A model generated the notes under the pieces. The model was not told the origin of the DNA. It ran no database searches and saw only the letters and a program-made list of their open reading frames with translations. The translations under genes were made by a program, and so were the position numbers. Below are positions 11,901-27,100 of a DNA stretch of 64,000 nt, piece after piece; position 1 is the stretch's first letter; the number at the start of each line of letters is the position of its first letter. The DNA is from Octopus sinensis (Eukaryota), in contig NC_043012.1 of NCBI RefSeq assembly GCF_006345805.1, forward strand, positions 3,534,001 to 3,598,000, read 5' to 3'.

Positions 11901-14900
11901 TTAAAACTCAGGATAGAAAGGGCTGTAACTAAATACCACAAGGCATTTTGCCCAATGTTCCACTAATTTCACCAACTTAATGATTAAGTAATGTGCAAAA
12001 TAATAAATAAAACGTATATACTATATATATCAATCCTCACATCATCATCGTTAACTCCGCTTTCCATGCTAGCATGGGTTGGACGGTTTCCACCATATAT
12101 ACAATGCAGATGTGATAGGTTTGAACCAATGACAAGTGGTCAGGAGTCTGAATTCCTAACTTTTGCAACCATTATAGCTTCATCACACCCAACTAAAATA
12201 TGAGAAAAGTGAAAAGGATACAAACCGGCTTTGTGCGTATGCTCTTGACTAGACCCGCATTACCGGCCTTTGAGAGGGACTTCGATAGGGGTGTTACCCA
12301 CGATGGCATGCAACGGCCACGCTCGGATGGTGTTTTCTTATGTGTCACCGACACAGGTGCTAGACGAGGCTGGCGGACGGCACGCTCGGATGGTGTTTGT
12401 TACGTGCCCTCAGCACGGAGGCCAGTCATTGCGGTACTGGCTACGGTCACGTTCGGATGGTTTTCTATGTGCCACCGGCACTGGTACCACAAGATACAAA
12501 TAGTTTGATTTGATACGATTCGATCTCACTTGCCTCACAGGTCTTCACAAGTGTCACAAGAAGGAAGGTATGCCACAGGTGGACTGACTACGTCCCAGGT
12601 AGGGGCCACGGATTATGGCTTCACTATCTTGCCGGGTCTTCTCACGGCACAGCATACTTCCATAGGCTCGGTCTCTATCATTTCCATGGTGAGACCTAAC
12701 GTCCGAAGGTCGTGCTTCACCACCTCGTCCCAGGTTTTCCTGGGTCTATTAGTAAGCCTTAAAAACAAATAAGGATTTTGTCCTTGCCTCAGTTTTATAG
12801 AGATATAAGCCTATAAATGAGGTAAATTACAATGGAACAAGTACAATATCACAACATATATACAAATGCAGCTGTAGATAAGGTTTGAACCTATGACCAA
12901 GTGGTCAGTAGTCTGCATCCCTAACTTTTGCAACCATATAGCTTCATCACAACCAAACTAAAATATGAGAAAAGTGAAAAGGATACAAACCTGGCTTTGT
13001 GCGTATGCTCCTTGACTAGACCAAGCATTACCAGCCATTTGAGAGGGACTCTGATTAGGGTGTCTGACCAAAGATGGCATTGTTGTGGCAGGAGATACCT
13101 GAGGAAGTGACATGGCAGCAGAGACACTGTGACTGGGGTATTTCATTGTAGACTGAGAATTGTAGCCGTACAAATCTTGTTGGGTAAGGTTACGATTAGT
13201 GCTTAACATACTGCGGCTGTAAACATCGGCTGTAGAATAAGGATCACGGTAATCTGTTTTCACATTAGCTGTTCGTAAACCTAATGAGTCTGTAGGTAGG
13301 CCCCGAGGAGTCGCATATGTATTTATAGTCGGCGTTGGCTCTGAACTTTGATCAGTTGGATTCTGCATAGTTGGGGCTGTAGAATTACCTTGCTGGACAC
13401 TTCTAGAACAAAATTTGGGGATTAAATTCTCAAGAAAATTTGGACTGCAAAATTGAATATGGTAACAATTAAAAAAGCATAAATAAAAATGAAAAATGGT
13501 TTTGTTATATTAATTCAAATAGTACTGAATTAATCCAACTAAAACTTAACTAATTTTAACTCAGATTCCAGACAAACATAACAACTTCATAGGGAATATA
13601 TATACGTACATGTATATATATAAACAAGTTACATTTGAATTAATATGACTTGGCAATATGTATCAAGATTTCCCTGTTTGCATTAGATGCCAGGTAGTCA
13701 CTCTTGGTCCTCTAATTCCTTGACCTAGTGAAACATTGAAGATGTGACAGAAGAAGAAAGGGATGCACCAGCATTAGGCTTGTACACATTTTCTGCTAAG
13801 TAGAGATGACTAACGTGAATGTAAGTGCTTTGCTCAGGGATACAATGCACAACCTAGTCTAAGAATTGAACTCACAGCCATATGATTGTGACCCCAACAC
13901 CCTTCACATATACACTTGATAATCACTGAAAAAATATCAACTGGCTCATGAGGCCCAAGCCCAGTGATGTGTCCCCAACAATTTTTGATAACACCTAAGC
14001 CAGCAATGTAGGTCAGCTAATATATTAGTGTTTGAGCCAACCTGAAATGCCTCTATGTGGTCACTCGATTTGCTAGAAACAATGGTGTGATTTTTTTGGA
14101 TTACACTCCACTGTCTTAGTAAAAAAACATACTGGATAATGTAGTCTTGAATTCCCTGAATATAGAGAAAAAGAAAAACCAGGTTGGTCATGGTAGGAAA
14201 GCTTATACATCTGCTCAGTCAGGGTCGATCTCAGCTCAGGCAAAAACAACCACTAAACTACAACAACCCTACTGTTTTAGAAACAAAGAAGGACACATTG
14301 GATACAACAGTCTTGGACATATAAAAATACACGACATTCAAGGTTAGAACATCTCTGATCAAAGATCTGCTTGATCAAGGCTGACCTGGGGTTAAACAAC
14401 AACATATTAACCTTCAATTGTATACTGACTGACGCAAAGCATAAGCTCTAGGCCTAAGTGTCGAGCCACACTCCACATTATTACTGTTTACTCATTGCAT
14501 AATAAGTGCACAGAGTGGTTTCAGGCCTATTTGAAGTAATATGGCATATCTGATGTCATCATCATCATCATCATTTAACATCCGTTTTCCATGCTAGCAT
14601 GGATTGGATGATTCGACTGGAGTCTGGGAAGCCAGGAGGCTGCACCAGGCTATAGTCTGATCTGGTAGTGTTTCTACAGCTGGATGCCCTTCCTAACGCC
14701 AACCACTCCGTGAGTGTAGTGGGTGCTTTTTACATGCCACTGGCACAGGTGCCAGGGGAGGCTGGCGACGGCCACGATCAGTTGGTGCTTTTTACGTGCC
14801 ACTGGCATGGAAGCCAGTCAAGGCAGTGCTGCCATCGGCCACGTTTGGATGGTGCTTTTTATGTGCCACTGGCATGGGTATCACAACTACAATTTCCATT

Positions 14901-17900
14901 TGATTTTTATTTTGATTATTGATGTACTTGACTCAATAGGTCTCCTCAAGCACAGCCGGTTCAAGGTACTTTTGATGGGCTGGGGCTGCTATGTGAAGCC
15001 GGTGCATGAAACAGCCATGAACTCACGTTGAAGAACCATTATTGGTTTGCTTCTAAGGATTCACTTTGTTACCTTTGTGTCACAGACTGATGAGGGCAAA
15101 ACTACAACAGCAGCAACCGTTACTGCCAATGTCACCCATGATGTCATATTTCTACAGTTTTGAGGTAGATTATTACTAAAGTGCAATTAACACTAATCTT
15201 GTGATTTCATTTACACAATGTCGTAAAATGCACTCATGCCAGTGCCACATAAAATGTGCTAGTGCTGGTGCCACATAATCTGCACTCATATGCCGATACT
15301 ACATATAGTGTATTTGTGCTGGTGCCAAGTAAAAGCATCCATACTGGTAGCACACTGTAAAGTGGTTGGCATTAGGAAGGGCATCCAGCCATAGAAACGA
15401 TGCCAAAACAGACAATTGGAGTCTGATGCAGCTCTCCAACTTGCCAGCTCCTGTCAAATCATTCAACCCATTCCAGCATGGAAAATGGACATTGAATGAT
15501 GATGATGATGATGATGATGATGAATGCTTCAGTCAGTATATTCCCGGACCATCTTTGAATGTAATATGTTTATGTAAATATTTATTGGGTTGTCAGATAA
15601 ATTTCAATTCATTTCCCCCCCCCCCCCATTCATTTTAATCCTTTCTAATGCTATTTGAATTAACATGCAAAATATTTTTATCATAATGTTTTGTGGGATT
15701 TTTGTAGCTCCATTCTTCCTCTACAACTTTTGTTTATCATTTCTGAAACTTTCATAAATTTTATCACTTTTCAGGCATTTGGAAGTAAATAAACAAATTT
15801 ATCTGACAATGGCTGGCTTGGAATTGAAACTACAAATCTCTCTACCTCCACTGTCACAATATCAACATATGTGATATGATTCCTATGTTTCAAAAGTTTA
15901 ATACATTGTCCTAAATGGAGTAAAGATTATTTGCCAACATAACATGGCAGTCCTGGTTTAGGATGAATGTTGCTGTAATTTAGCCCCAGAAGATATCGTC
16001 TCAGGGTCACTATATGACACGATCTGTGTCCTTATATTTTCGAACAAGGGAATCCTAAATATTTCCAAAAGTAAAAATAATTTTGATGTGTTTAAAGTGT
16101 TTTTCTTATTTTCTTATGTTGGTATGAAGCTGAAATGGGTAATCCATTTTCAAAAAGCATTCATGGCTTAAGCAAAACAAAATGAAGTGAAGTGATATTA
16201 TTCTAACTGGAAATAAAAACTGAGATCACTAAAAACTTATCCAGTGTTTAGAAGTGTGCTGATGAGAGAGCCTTTATGTGGCTGCTTGGCATATGAAATA
16301 GCAACCAAATCTCCTTCATATTACACATTCTATCATTGTAATTGGAGAAAGGATACATTGGATAAATGTAGTCTGAGATACACAATGCATGAGAAGATAC
16401 AACAATCATGGTTGAAATGCTTTAGATCATAGATCTACTGAGTTAGGACTGACTTGTGTCTAAACTCAGCACACACACATACATACAAAATACACATATG
16501 CATATTCTTAAGTTTCTGTTACTTACTTAGCAGAACTGTTGTTACAAACTATGTATTCCACTTCGTCTGTGTAAGGGTTTTGGAAACTAAAACTGCTTGT
16601 TCTCAGCCACATCCATTCCCGATTCGATGCTCTAAAACGGTACATAATGGACATCACCTGGCCTTTCAGTTTTAATACTGCAAAATAAACAATAAAGATT
16701 CTTAGACCATTCGGTAATCCACCCCATAGATAGATGACTTAATGCATAAATATATCGGCCCATTGCTTCACCTGCCAAGGTATTGCACCATCACATCAGA
16801 TGTCAAGATCAACAGGGAAATTGACAACAGACCAGAAAAAGTGAACAGTGCATTTGGTAGACTGTACAAATGCATGTGGAAAAACAAACACCCGAAAAAG
16901 GACACCAAGATCAGTGTGTACAGTGCCATAGTCCTTACCACTCTCTTAAATAGCTCAGAGTCATGGGTCACTTATCGTCATCATCTACACTGCAAATGCT
17001 TCTGCCAACACTGCCTCCACACCATTCTCAACATCCACTAGAGTGACTTCATCATCAATGTTGGAGACCTTAATCCGGCAGAAGTTACCAGCATTGAAGC
17101 CATGCTGCTGAAGTCAAAGCTATGCTGGGCAGGGCATGGCATGTCTCCAGGATGAAGGAACATCACCTTTCTAAGACTCTCCACTGGCCATTGCAACAGA
17201 ATAGCATCAAAGAAGCCATACAAGGACTGTTTGTAAAAATCCCTTGATGCATGTCGCATCAACCATCACCAGTGGTCCACCCTAATTGAGGACTGTGATG
17301 CTTGGCACTTCACCATCAGTTAGATAACATAGTCTTAGGCACATGTTTATATATGAAAGAAAAAGAAAAATTACAAGATGAGCAAGGCTGGAAAGCCAGA
17401 AGGCAGGAATCAGAGCTGATCAGAGGTGTGAACAGCAACTAAGTGGCACTCCTTTGGTTGACGTGTGTTCCATTTGATCCAATCCAAAGAACAACCTGCT
17501 TGTGAAATCAATGTACAAGTGGCTGAGCACTCCACAGATACATGTTCCCGTAACATAGTTCTCAGTGAGATTCAGTATGACACAGAATGGGACAAGGCTG
17601 GCCCTCTGAATTACTAGTAAGACTCATTTTTGCCAGCCGAGTAAACTAGGGCAATGTGAAATAAAGTGTCTTGCAGGGACACAATGCCGGGGATTGAACT
17701 TATGACCTTATGATCAAGAGCTGAATACTTGAACCACTAAGCCATGTGCATTCATTGAACAACAACTACAATAACAACAGCAACAATAACAATTAAAATA
17801 AAAGCAAAAGATAGAAACCAACAGCATACCTTGTTCAAAGCTATCTTTCATATGGGCTTGGTCTTCCGGATGATAAAAATCAAATGCAGATTTACCAAGA

Positions 17901-18133
17901 AGTTCCTGAGGTTGGTAGCCTAGTACTGCTGTCACTCTACACAAAACAAAATGAAGTAATGTAATACAGTTTCCTTTTGTCAGCATATATTCGACATATA
18001 CCTTGTTATTTACTGTAGTTGTATGCCACTGTTCCATTATGAAACCATTCCAAGCTACTAAAACTTGGGGTTGCCACTGCTGCACCTCCTCCTCCTCATC
18101 ATCATCATTTAACAACGTCCATTTTCCATGCTA

Positions 18134-18179
<46 letters not shown>

Positions 18180-21100
18180 CATCATCATCATTTAACGTCC
18201 ACTTTCCATGCTAGCATGTGTTGGACGATTTGACTGAGGTCTGGCGAACCAGATGGCTGCACAAGGCTCCAGTCTTTAGCTGGCAGAGTTTCTACAGCTG
18301 GATGTCCTTCCTAACGCCAATCACTCTAAGAGTGTAGTGTGTACTTTTACATGCCACCGGCACGAGGGCCAGTCAGGCAGTATTGGCAACAGCCACGCTC
18401 AAATGGTGTTTTTTACGTGCCCCCTGCACAGGAGCCAGTCCAGTGGCACTCGCAATGACCTCGCTCAAATGTTTTTCATGTGCCAGTAAGGCGACGCTGG
18501 TAACAATCACGCTCGAATGGTGCTTTTTACATGCCACTGGCATGGAAGCCAGTTAGCTGCTCTGGCAATGATCATGCTCGGATGGTGCTCTTAGCACTCC
18601 ACTAGCACAGATGCCAGTCATCGAATTTTATTTCGATTTCAATTTATATATATATGTGTGTGTAGAAGGTACCTGTGGAAGGGGTAGATCCAGGAAGACA
18701 CAGGACAAAGTTGTGAGAAAAGACCTTTGGACGCTACGCCTCAGTGAGGAAATGACAAGAGGCTGGGAGATGCGGTGATTTGCTGTACTTGATAAGATAT
18801 GTCGGGCTAAGTGAAATCGTTGTCTTCCACACATACAGGCCTGTCCTTTCAGGTGCTGGTGCCACATAAAAAGCACCTGTGCCGGTGCTGCATGAATGCA
18901 CTTGTCCTGATGCTGTGTAAATACACAGCATGTAAAATGCACCCAGTACACTCTGTTAAGTGGTTGGCATTAGGAAGGGCATCCAGCCATAGAAACCATG
19001 CAACAACATACAATTAGAGTCTGGCCAGCTCCATGTTACACTGCCCAACCCATGCCAGCATAGAAAGAGGATGTTAAACAATGATGATGATGACACACAC
19101 ACATACATACATACAATACGATTCTTTAAGTTTTCTACTATCAAATCTACTCACAAGGCTTCCTCTTGTCAAACTGGGATCAGAGTAGAAGGTATTTGCC
19201 TAGGGTACTGTGCAGTAAGATTGAACCTGGCATCAATTTCTTCAACTAAGAGCAGTGCTCCAGCATGGCCGCAGTCAAATGACTGATACAAATAAAAGAG
19301 TGAAAGTATATATATGCAGGCACAATGATTTTGTGATGAAGAAATTTGCTTCACAAGAAATTGATGCCAGAACTTATTCTTTGCAAGCATAGTACTTATT
19401 CTATTGGTCTCTTTTTGCCGAACCGCTAATTTACAGGGATGTAAACATACCAGCATCAGTCATCAAGCGATGGTGGGGGGTCAAACATACACACTGGGCT
19501 TCATACAGTTTCCGTCTATCAAATCCACTCACAAGGCTTTGGTTGGCCCGAGGTTATAGTAGAAGACACTTGCCCATGGTGCCATGCAAAGGGACTGAAC
19601 CTGGAACCATGTGGTTGGTAAGCAAGCTACTTACCACATAGCCACTGCTGCACCTATGTACATATCAAATATACAGTTCCCCCACTCACACTCTCACTCA
19701 TGTGTGTGTTCCTATTCCATGCTAACATGGAAAAATGGGTGTAACGCAATGATGAAAAAGGAAAAGCCAGTCTTGCCAGTAGATTTCAGAAAAGTTCCCT
19801 TCACTTTTTGTGACATGTTAGCAGGCATCTGTTGGTCTTGAGAGACGATGGATCTGAGCCTAGAGAATTTGTGTCAGCTACTGATGGTGGTGTAGCATCT
19901 GTGGCCATACAGGCCCACACAGGAGTGGTAGTCACACATAAAGCGACTGCATTTGAAGAAGCCCTCTACTGGCAAGATTGGCTTTTCCTTTTTCATTATC
20001 ATTGCCTTTCACCCATTTTTCCATGTTGGCATAGAATAGGAACACACACACACATATGAGTGTGAGTGTGAGTGGGGGTAACTGCGTATTGGTGTAATTG
20101 GAAACCACATGGAAGCTCAGTGTGTGCATGCATATGATGATGATGATGATATATATATATGTATATAAACACACACACACAAACACATAAATATACATAT
20201 ATTATTAATAATAATAATACGACAACAAAAGAATGAATGAGACCTTGATATTATGTAAAATAGAGGAATTTATCTATAAACTAACAGCATAGCCCGGCGT
20301 TGCCCGGGTATGTAAGAGCCCCTAGTAGGCAACGACTAATCCCAATCTAGTCCTTTCCCTCTAGGGAACGAAGGCGCACGTGTAGGTTGCAATGTCTTCT
20401 CTTCACTCCCAAATAACTATCAAACAGCTATCGATAATTCAACCCAACCAATTCCTACCAGGAAGAAATTACATTCGAGACTTTACCCCCAATTTGGGGA
20501 AAATTTTCGGTGAAAATTTTTGAAAAATTTTTGGGGAAAATTTTCGGTGTAAATTTTCGAAAAATTTTGGTGTAAAATTTTTGAAAAATTTTTGGGTAAA
20601 ATTTTTGGTGAAAATTTTGGAAAAATTTTTGGGGTGATTTCGGCACCGCTAGGTTTCCATACTTTGTTATTTTGGCACCGCTGGCTTTCCATACATTGTG
20701 ATTTTGGCACCGCTGGCTTTCCATACTTTGTGATTTTGTTACCGCTGGTTTTCCATACTTTGGGGAAAATTTTCGTAAAATTTTTGGGAAAAATTTTTGG
20801 GTAAATTTTTCGAGAAAATTTTCGAAAAATTTTTGATGAAACTGTTCGAAAAATTTTGGGGGAAAATTTTCGAAAAATCAATCCCAGGACTTATTCTTAA
20901 TAAGCTTAGTAATTATTCTATTGGTCTATTTTGCTGAATCACTAAGTTACAGTGACGTAAAGACACCAACGTCAGTGTCAAGCAATGGCAGGGGGGGGGG
21001 CAGAGACAAACACAAACACACAAATACACACACACATATATACATACAAACATACATATATATACACACACGATGGTCATCTTTCAGTTTCTCTCTACCA

Positions 21101-24100
21101 AATTCACTAACAAGGCTTTGCTCGGCATGAAGCTATAGTAGTAGACACCCAAGGTGCAATGCAGTGGGACTGAACCCAGAACCATGTGGTTGGGAAGCAA
21201 GCTTCTTACCACACAGCCACGTCTGAGCCTATTTAAATTTCGGAAGAAATATATCTTTTTGCTAAAGCAAACATAAGTGAATCTTACCGCTGGTCAACAA
21301 ATGTAAACTTTCCGTCTATGCTGTGTCGGGTAATAAATTCTGAGGAAGCGTTTTGTCCCATGAGATCATTGCAGTTTGTTGCACTGGTCACCTGCAGTCG
21401 ACCTATACCAACCAGGCAGCAGTGGCTGTGGGGCTCCTCTCCATCTTGACGCTCTATCTGTTGCACTCCTACAAAGGAAACAAATCCATTTTCAAGGTCT
21501 GAAAGTAAGTAATACAGACGTTAGCACTGTGTTGATATGGAACACGGTGAAGAACAACATAGCTACATAGAAGAACTGGAAAAGGCACACAGAGACTAAA
21601 TGCATAAGGAGAAGGGTGTTTAACAACTATTATTATTATTAATAATAATAAAAATAACAGCAGCAATAGTACTTATCATGTTGTCAGTAATATAGATTTC
21701 GAATTTTGGCACAAGGCCAGCAATTTTGGGGAGAGGGGATAAGTTGATTCCATTGACCCCAGTGTTCAACTGGTACTTATTTTATTGACCCTGAAAGGAT
21801 GAAAGGCAAAGTTGGCTTCAGTGAAATTTGAACCAGTATCTCACTGGTACTTGTTTTATCAACCCAAAATGATGAAAAGCAAAGTCGCAGAACATGAAGC
21901 CCGAAGAAATGCTGCTTAGCAGTTTGTCCAGAAAAATAACGATTCTGTCAGCCTTCCACCTTTGATCAATGATATTATGAAACCAGTTTTAATTCATGCA
22001 GTGCATTGAAATTACGTAGGCATATCCATGTGATTAAGAAGTTCACTGTGCAATCATGTAACTTCAGGTTCAATCCCCCTACATGGCACATTATGCAAAT
22101 GTCTACCTTCCATAGCCTTGGTCAACCTAAGCCTTGAGAGTGACATTAGGTAGACAAAAACTGTGCTGAAGCTCATCAAATGGACTGTAACTCTTAGCAT
22201 TCAGATTATTCAGTCAAATGTAATGCTTATTTATATTTACATCGTTTAGAATTAACCATGTCATTATCTTGTAGCTTTGAGAGCTTTATAGGATTGTATA
22301 TTTTTAGAATGACATTGTAGGGTAGTGTGACAGGCTAGAACTGGGTGGTTTGAACATAAAAGAGGTTCAATAATTGGGCCTGATAGGGCCATTGGAATGC
22401 CTTTAGTAGAGTACACTCTTTTGCAAACACTCAGACTAAATTAAATAATCTGAAGATAATTCCTGACTCATTATTTCTTCCTTCATCCCTGCTTTGGAGG
22501 CATCACTAAAAGAAATCACATATGAAAGACTTTCTCTTCTGACAAAACAGTTTCAAATCATACCCCCACCCCAAATATATTTAAAAATGATAAACTGATT
22601 TTTCCCAAATTCTTTCCGACTCACTTTACTCATTTCCTCCTTTTCCAGTAAATTTTGAAGTATCACACATTTTAAACAGTGGTAGAAGACCTACCTGGAT
22701 CCAGCAAATTGACTATTCTTCATAGATTTCTTTGCTTATATGAATGTACATGATTTTTCTGGCAATAATTTGTCCTTCACATTAAGTTAAAAATCAAAAT
22801 AATTTTCTTACCAGTTTAAAAAAACCCAACAAATCTTTAAATCATTAAAGTTCTGATGATGATTCAATGAGAGTTTCTACAATGTCACTCAACCTGCTAG
22901 AAATAGCAGCTAAATCTCCCACAAAACACACCTTATTGTCCAGAAAATGAAGAGACACATTGGATAGTGCAGTTCTAAATAAACAGCACTTGAGACAAGG
23001 ACCAGATGATCATGGTTGGAAAACTGCTTTTGATCATGTCTGCTAGCTCAGACCGGGGCCTGGAGCTATACAACACCATTTCTTATGAGTTAACCGACCA
23101 TGGAAACCTTTACTAATATTCTCTATGTGGTCTAGCAATAATCATGTATTGTCAATGTTCAATGTTTGAAGTAGTTGTTCGGACCAAGTCAGTTTGATAG
23201 AATAGACCTAATGATTCAGGACACTCCAGCAATGACTATCTCATTTGGGACTACAGTATCCAATGTGTTGTTCTATTTTCAAGACGCTAGTGTATGATTA
23301 CAGGGATATTTGGCAGTCATTTCAAAAGAGTCAAGCTGCCACAGAGGCTCCCTTGTTGGTTTGTAATATTCAAGCCATGACTAGTCTCCATGCAGCCAGA
23401 AACTGGTCTCCACCATTTTGCTGGCTTTGGTTTTCAAGTTGGAAAATCAATAATTTGGCTTTGGTGCTTTTGAACCTCTTGGATAGAGCAGCTGAAGTAG
23501 TAATGAGCTGCTGATAGATATCATAAAAAATACAATATTCTCATGACATTGTAATCATTATATCTTAAATGACACTGTAATGGATTTTCTATGTTTTTTT
23601 ATTTTTTTTTTATTTCAAGGTGCCTTACCTCTGTTTGATGGAGGCCAGTTCTTTATATAACCTGTAACATGGACAACTGAATAGCTATTGCCATCAGAGG
23701 ATGGACCAAATGCGTTTCTCTGACGGACTCGAATTGTATGGTTGGCAGTCACAGGATCGACTTGGACGTTACCCATCTTCATGCGGCAAATGAAACCACG
23801 CCGAGAACCCATGCACAAACGTATGGATGCTATCAGGGAGGAAAGAAAAGGATGTAGAAAATGTAAGTTAAAAAATCAACAATAAAAGCAATAAAAAACA
23901 ATAAAAAGCAAAAAGTAAACAATAAAATAAAGAATTTCCATTGATGTTGCCGCTGGACTGGCTCCTGTACAGGTGGCACATAAAAAGCACCATTTGAGCA
24001 TGGCCGTTGCCAGTACCGCCTGACTGGCCCTCGTGCTGGTAGCACGTAAAAGCACCCACTGCACTCTCAGAGTGGTTGGTGTTAGGAAGGGCATCCAGCT

Positions 24101-27100
24101 GTAGAAACTCTGCCAGATCAGATTGGAGCCTGGTGCAGCCATCTGGTTCGCCAGTCCTCAGTCAAATTGTCCAACCCACGATGATGATGATATTAGAATC
24201 ATTTGACTTTGTGTCAATGGAACCAGCTGGTTATATTGGTTGCCTAGTAACTGTCCTGGAAACTATTAGAAGGTGTACTTCAAACAAAGACATGTTAGCA
24301 ATGGGGTAGAAAGGTTCACTTAACACCCATGAGGTCCCAGGTTTGATTTCACAACACAGTGTTTTTTTTACTATAACCTGGGGTTGACCAATGCCTTGTG
24401 AATGAAATTTGGCAAATAGACACTGGGTGAAAGCCTATCATGTGTGTGTGTGTGTGTGTGTGTGTGTATCATCAGCTTTATCAACATTTTAACATTCACT
24501 TTTTCATGGTTGCACGGGCAGAATACGGACAGAATATACCAGGGCAGATATTCTATATAGCCAGAGGCCCTTCCTACCACCAACCCACACCTGTTCCCAA
24601 GTAAAGTAATTTCTCCCTTTGGCCAGACATGTTTTCATGGAAGATTGAGAATGGCCACCATGTGCATAATGGTGACACTCATTTACAACAAGCATGGGAT
24701 GTCAAGACAAGAAAGCGACACATAGACACAAACAAATATCCATATATGATAAGTTTTTTTCAGTTTCCGTCTACCAAATTTACCAACAAGGTTTTGACAG
24801 TTCAGGGCTATAGCTGAAGACATTTGCTCAAGGTACTATGCAGAGGGACTGAACCCAGAACTAAGTGGTTCAGAAGCAAAGTTCTTAATCAGACAGCCCT
24901 GCCTATATGTCTGTATGTCAGGGTGTACCTGGCTCAAACAGTGCTAGGATCGATATGATTGACTAAGATCCCTTTAAAGTGATAGACGGATAATTCATCG
25001 ACAAACAGTTGGCCAACAGACAACTTACAGATACTCCATGATCGATACTTCCAGCCAATTGTCCAATCGGCGAATTGTCTGCACACGTTTAAAGCAACGC
25101 CCGACTCGGGCTGCAGTCTAATGATTGAACACAGGAAAAGAATATGAAGAAAGAAAAAAATGTGGGGAAAAGAAAAAATAAAGATACTTTCTCAACTTAC
25201 ATTGATGACCTTCTTTCTTAACAGTTCCAGCTGAAAAATAATTTATAGAAAAAAACCAATGAGTAATTAGAACTAATGGCAGTGGTGATCAGTTAATTAA
25301 TGATTTCAATTTTTTGCCACAAGGGCAGCTTGGGGGAGGGGATTAAGTCGATTACATTGACCCCAGTGTTTCACTGGTACTTAATTTATCAACCCCGAAA
25401 GGATGAAAGGTAGAGCCGACCGTGGCAGAATTTGAACTCAGAACATAGCGACGGGCAAAATACCGCTAAGCAATTTGTCCAGCATGCTAATGAATCTGCC
25501 AGCTTGTCACCTTATATTATACAGTTAATTAATAGGCTATAACAATATGAGTTAACGATAGAGTCTCTCTATCAACATTAGACTTGATAGAAATAGCAAT
25601 TAAATCCTTTTTAAATTAGACACTACTGCATTAGGTTACCCAATCAGGGCTGACTTGAGGCTAAACAACTACTATTGCTGCTGCTACTACTACTGCTACT
25701 ACAACTACTACTAATACTACCACTACTACTTGCATTATGAGCTAAAAACAGCAACCAAATTTCTCTCATATCACTCTATCAGCCCTGCTGTCTTTTAAAA
25801 CAGAGACTAAACATTGGATAGTGATTTCCTAGTTTCAACGTCATACAAAATAAGAAGGGATGGTCACCACACAAACATCTTTGATTGGAGTTGAAGGCAA
25901 ACAGCAAAATCTGGTGCATGCCACTACTTGCACTAACGTTGCAATATGTTTAGAATAAGACAAAGTGATACAATTTCTGAAATTAAACACACATTGGATA
26001 ACATAGTTCTAGATATACTATGTATGAAAAATAAAGATGAAATGGTCACATTTGGAACAAATTTGATCACAGAACTGCTTGATCAAATTAACCTAGGGCT
26101 AAAGAAGAAGAAGAAGAAGAACAACAACAAATGTTACTGTTGCTGCTGCTGTTATTATTACTACCCACACACACATTATGTTATGCCTCAATCAAATTCG
26201 ATGACTGGCATCTGTGCTAGTGGAGTGCTAAGAGCACCACCTGAGTGTGATCGTTGCCAGAGCAGCAGACTGGCTTCTGTGCCGGTGGCACATAAAAGGC
26301 ACCATTCGAGCGTGATTGTTACCAGCATCGCCTTACTGGCACTTGTGCCGGTGGCACGTGAAAAAACATTCGAGCGAGGTCGTTGCCAGTGCCACTGGAC
26401 TGGCCCTCGTGCCAGTGGCATGTAAAAGCACCCACTACACTCTCAGAGTGGTTGGCGTTAGGAAGGGCATCCAGCAGTAGAAACTCTGCCAGATCAGATT
26501 GGAGTCTGGTGCAGCCATCTCGTTTGCCAGTCGTCAGTCAAACTGTCCAACCCATGCTAGCATGGAAAGCGGACGTTAAACAATGATGATGATGAGTCAG
26601 TGATCATCAGACTGCTATAATTCAGTGAGTGTATATATTCAGAAAGCACTGTTCCTATATACAATCAGTGTATATAATAAGAAAGTACCATTTATATATA
26701 TATATAAAATATTTTCTACAGTGTATACATAGTATACTAGCAAGTCAATGTGAGACCTTTATGTCTTCACTTAACCTGCTAGAAATAGCAGCCAAATCTC
26801 CCTTGGATTATATCTTACCACCTTCTTAAAAAAAAAGAGGGCCAAACTATACAATGTAGTCCTAGATATACTATGTCTGCAAAGAGGTGGAATGGACATG
26901 GCTGGAATGCCTTCAATCAGAGGCCTTCTAAAGCTCACGGTAATCCCCAGATAACTATATAGTCCAGAAATATATATATATTCAGAATGTATGACCGTTA
27001 CCTCAAAATATTTCTTTTTATTTTCCATGAGCATATAAACATAGCACACCTTCAAATAAACATGCGATATATATTTTACATAATGGAGTACAAGTTTATC

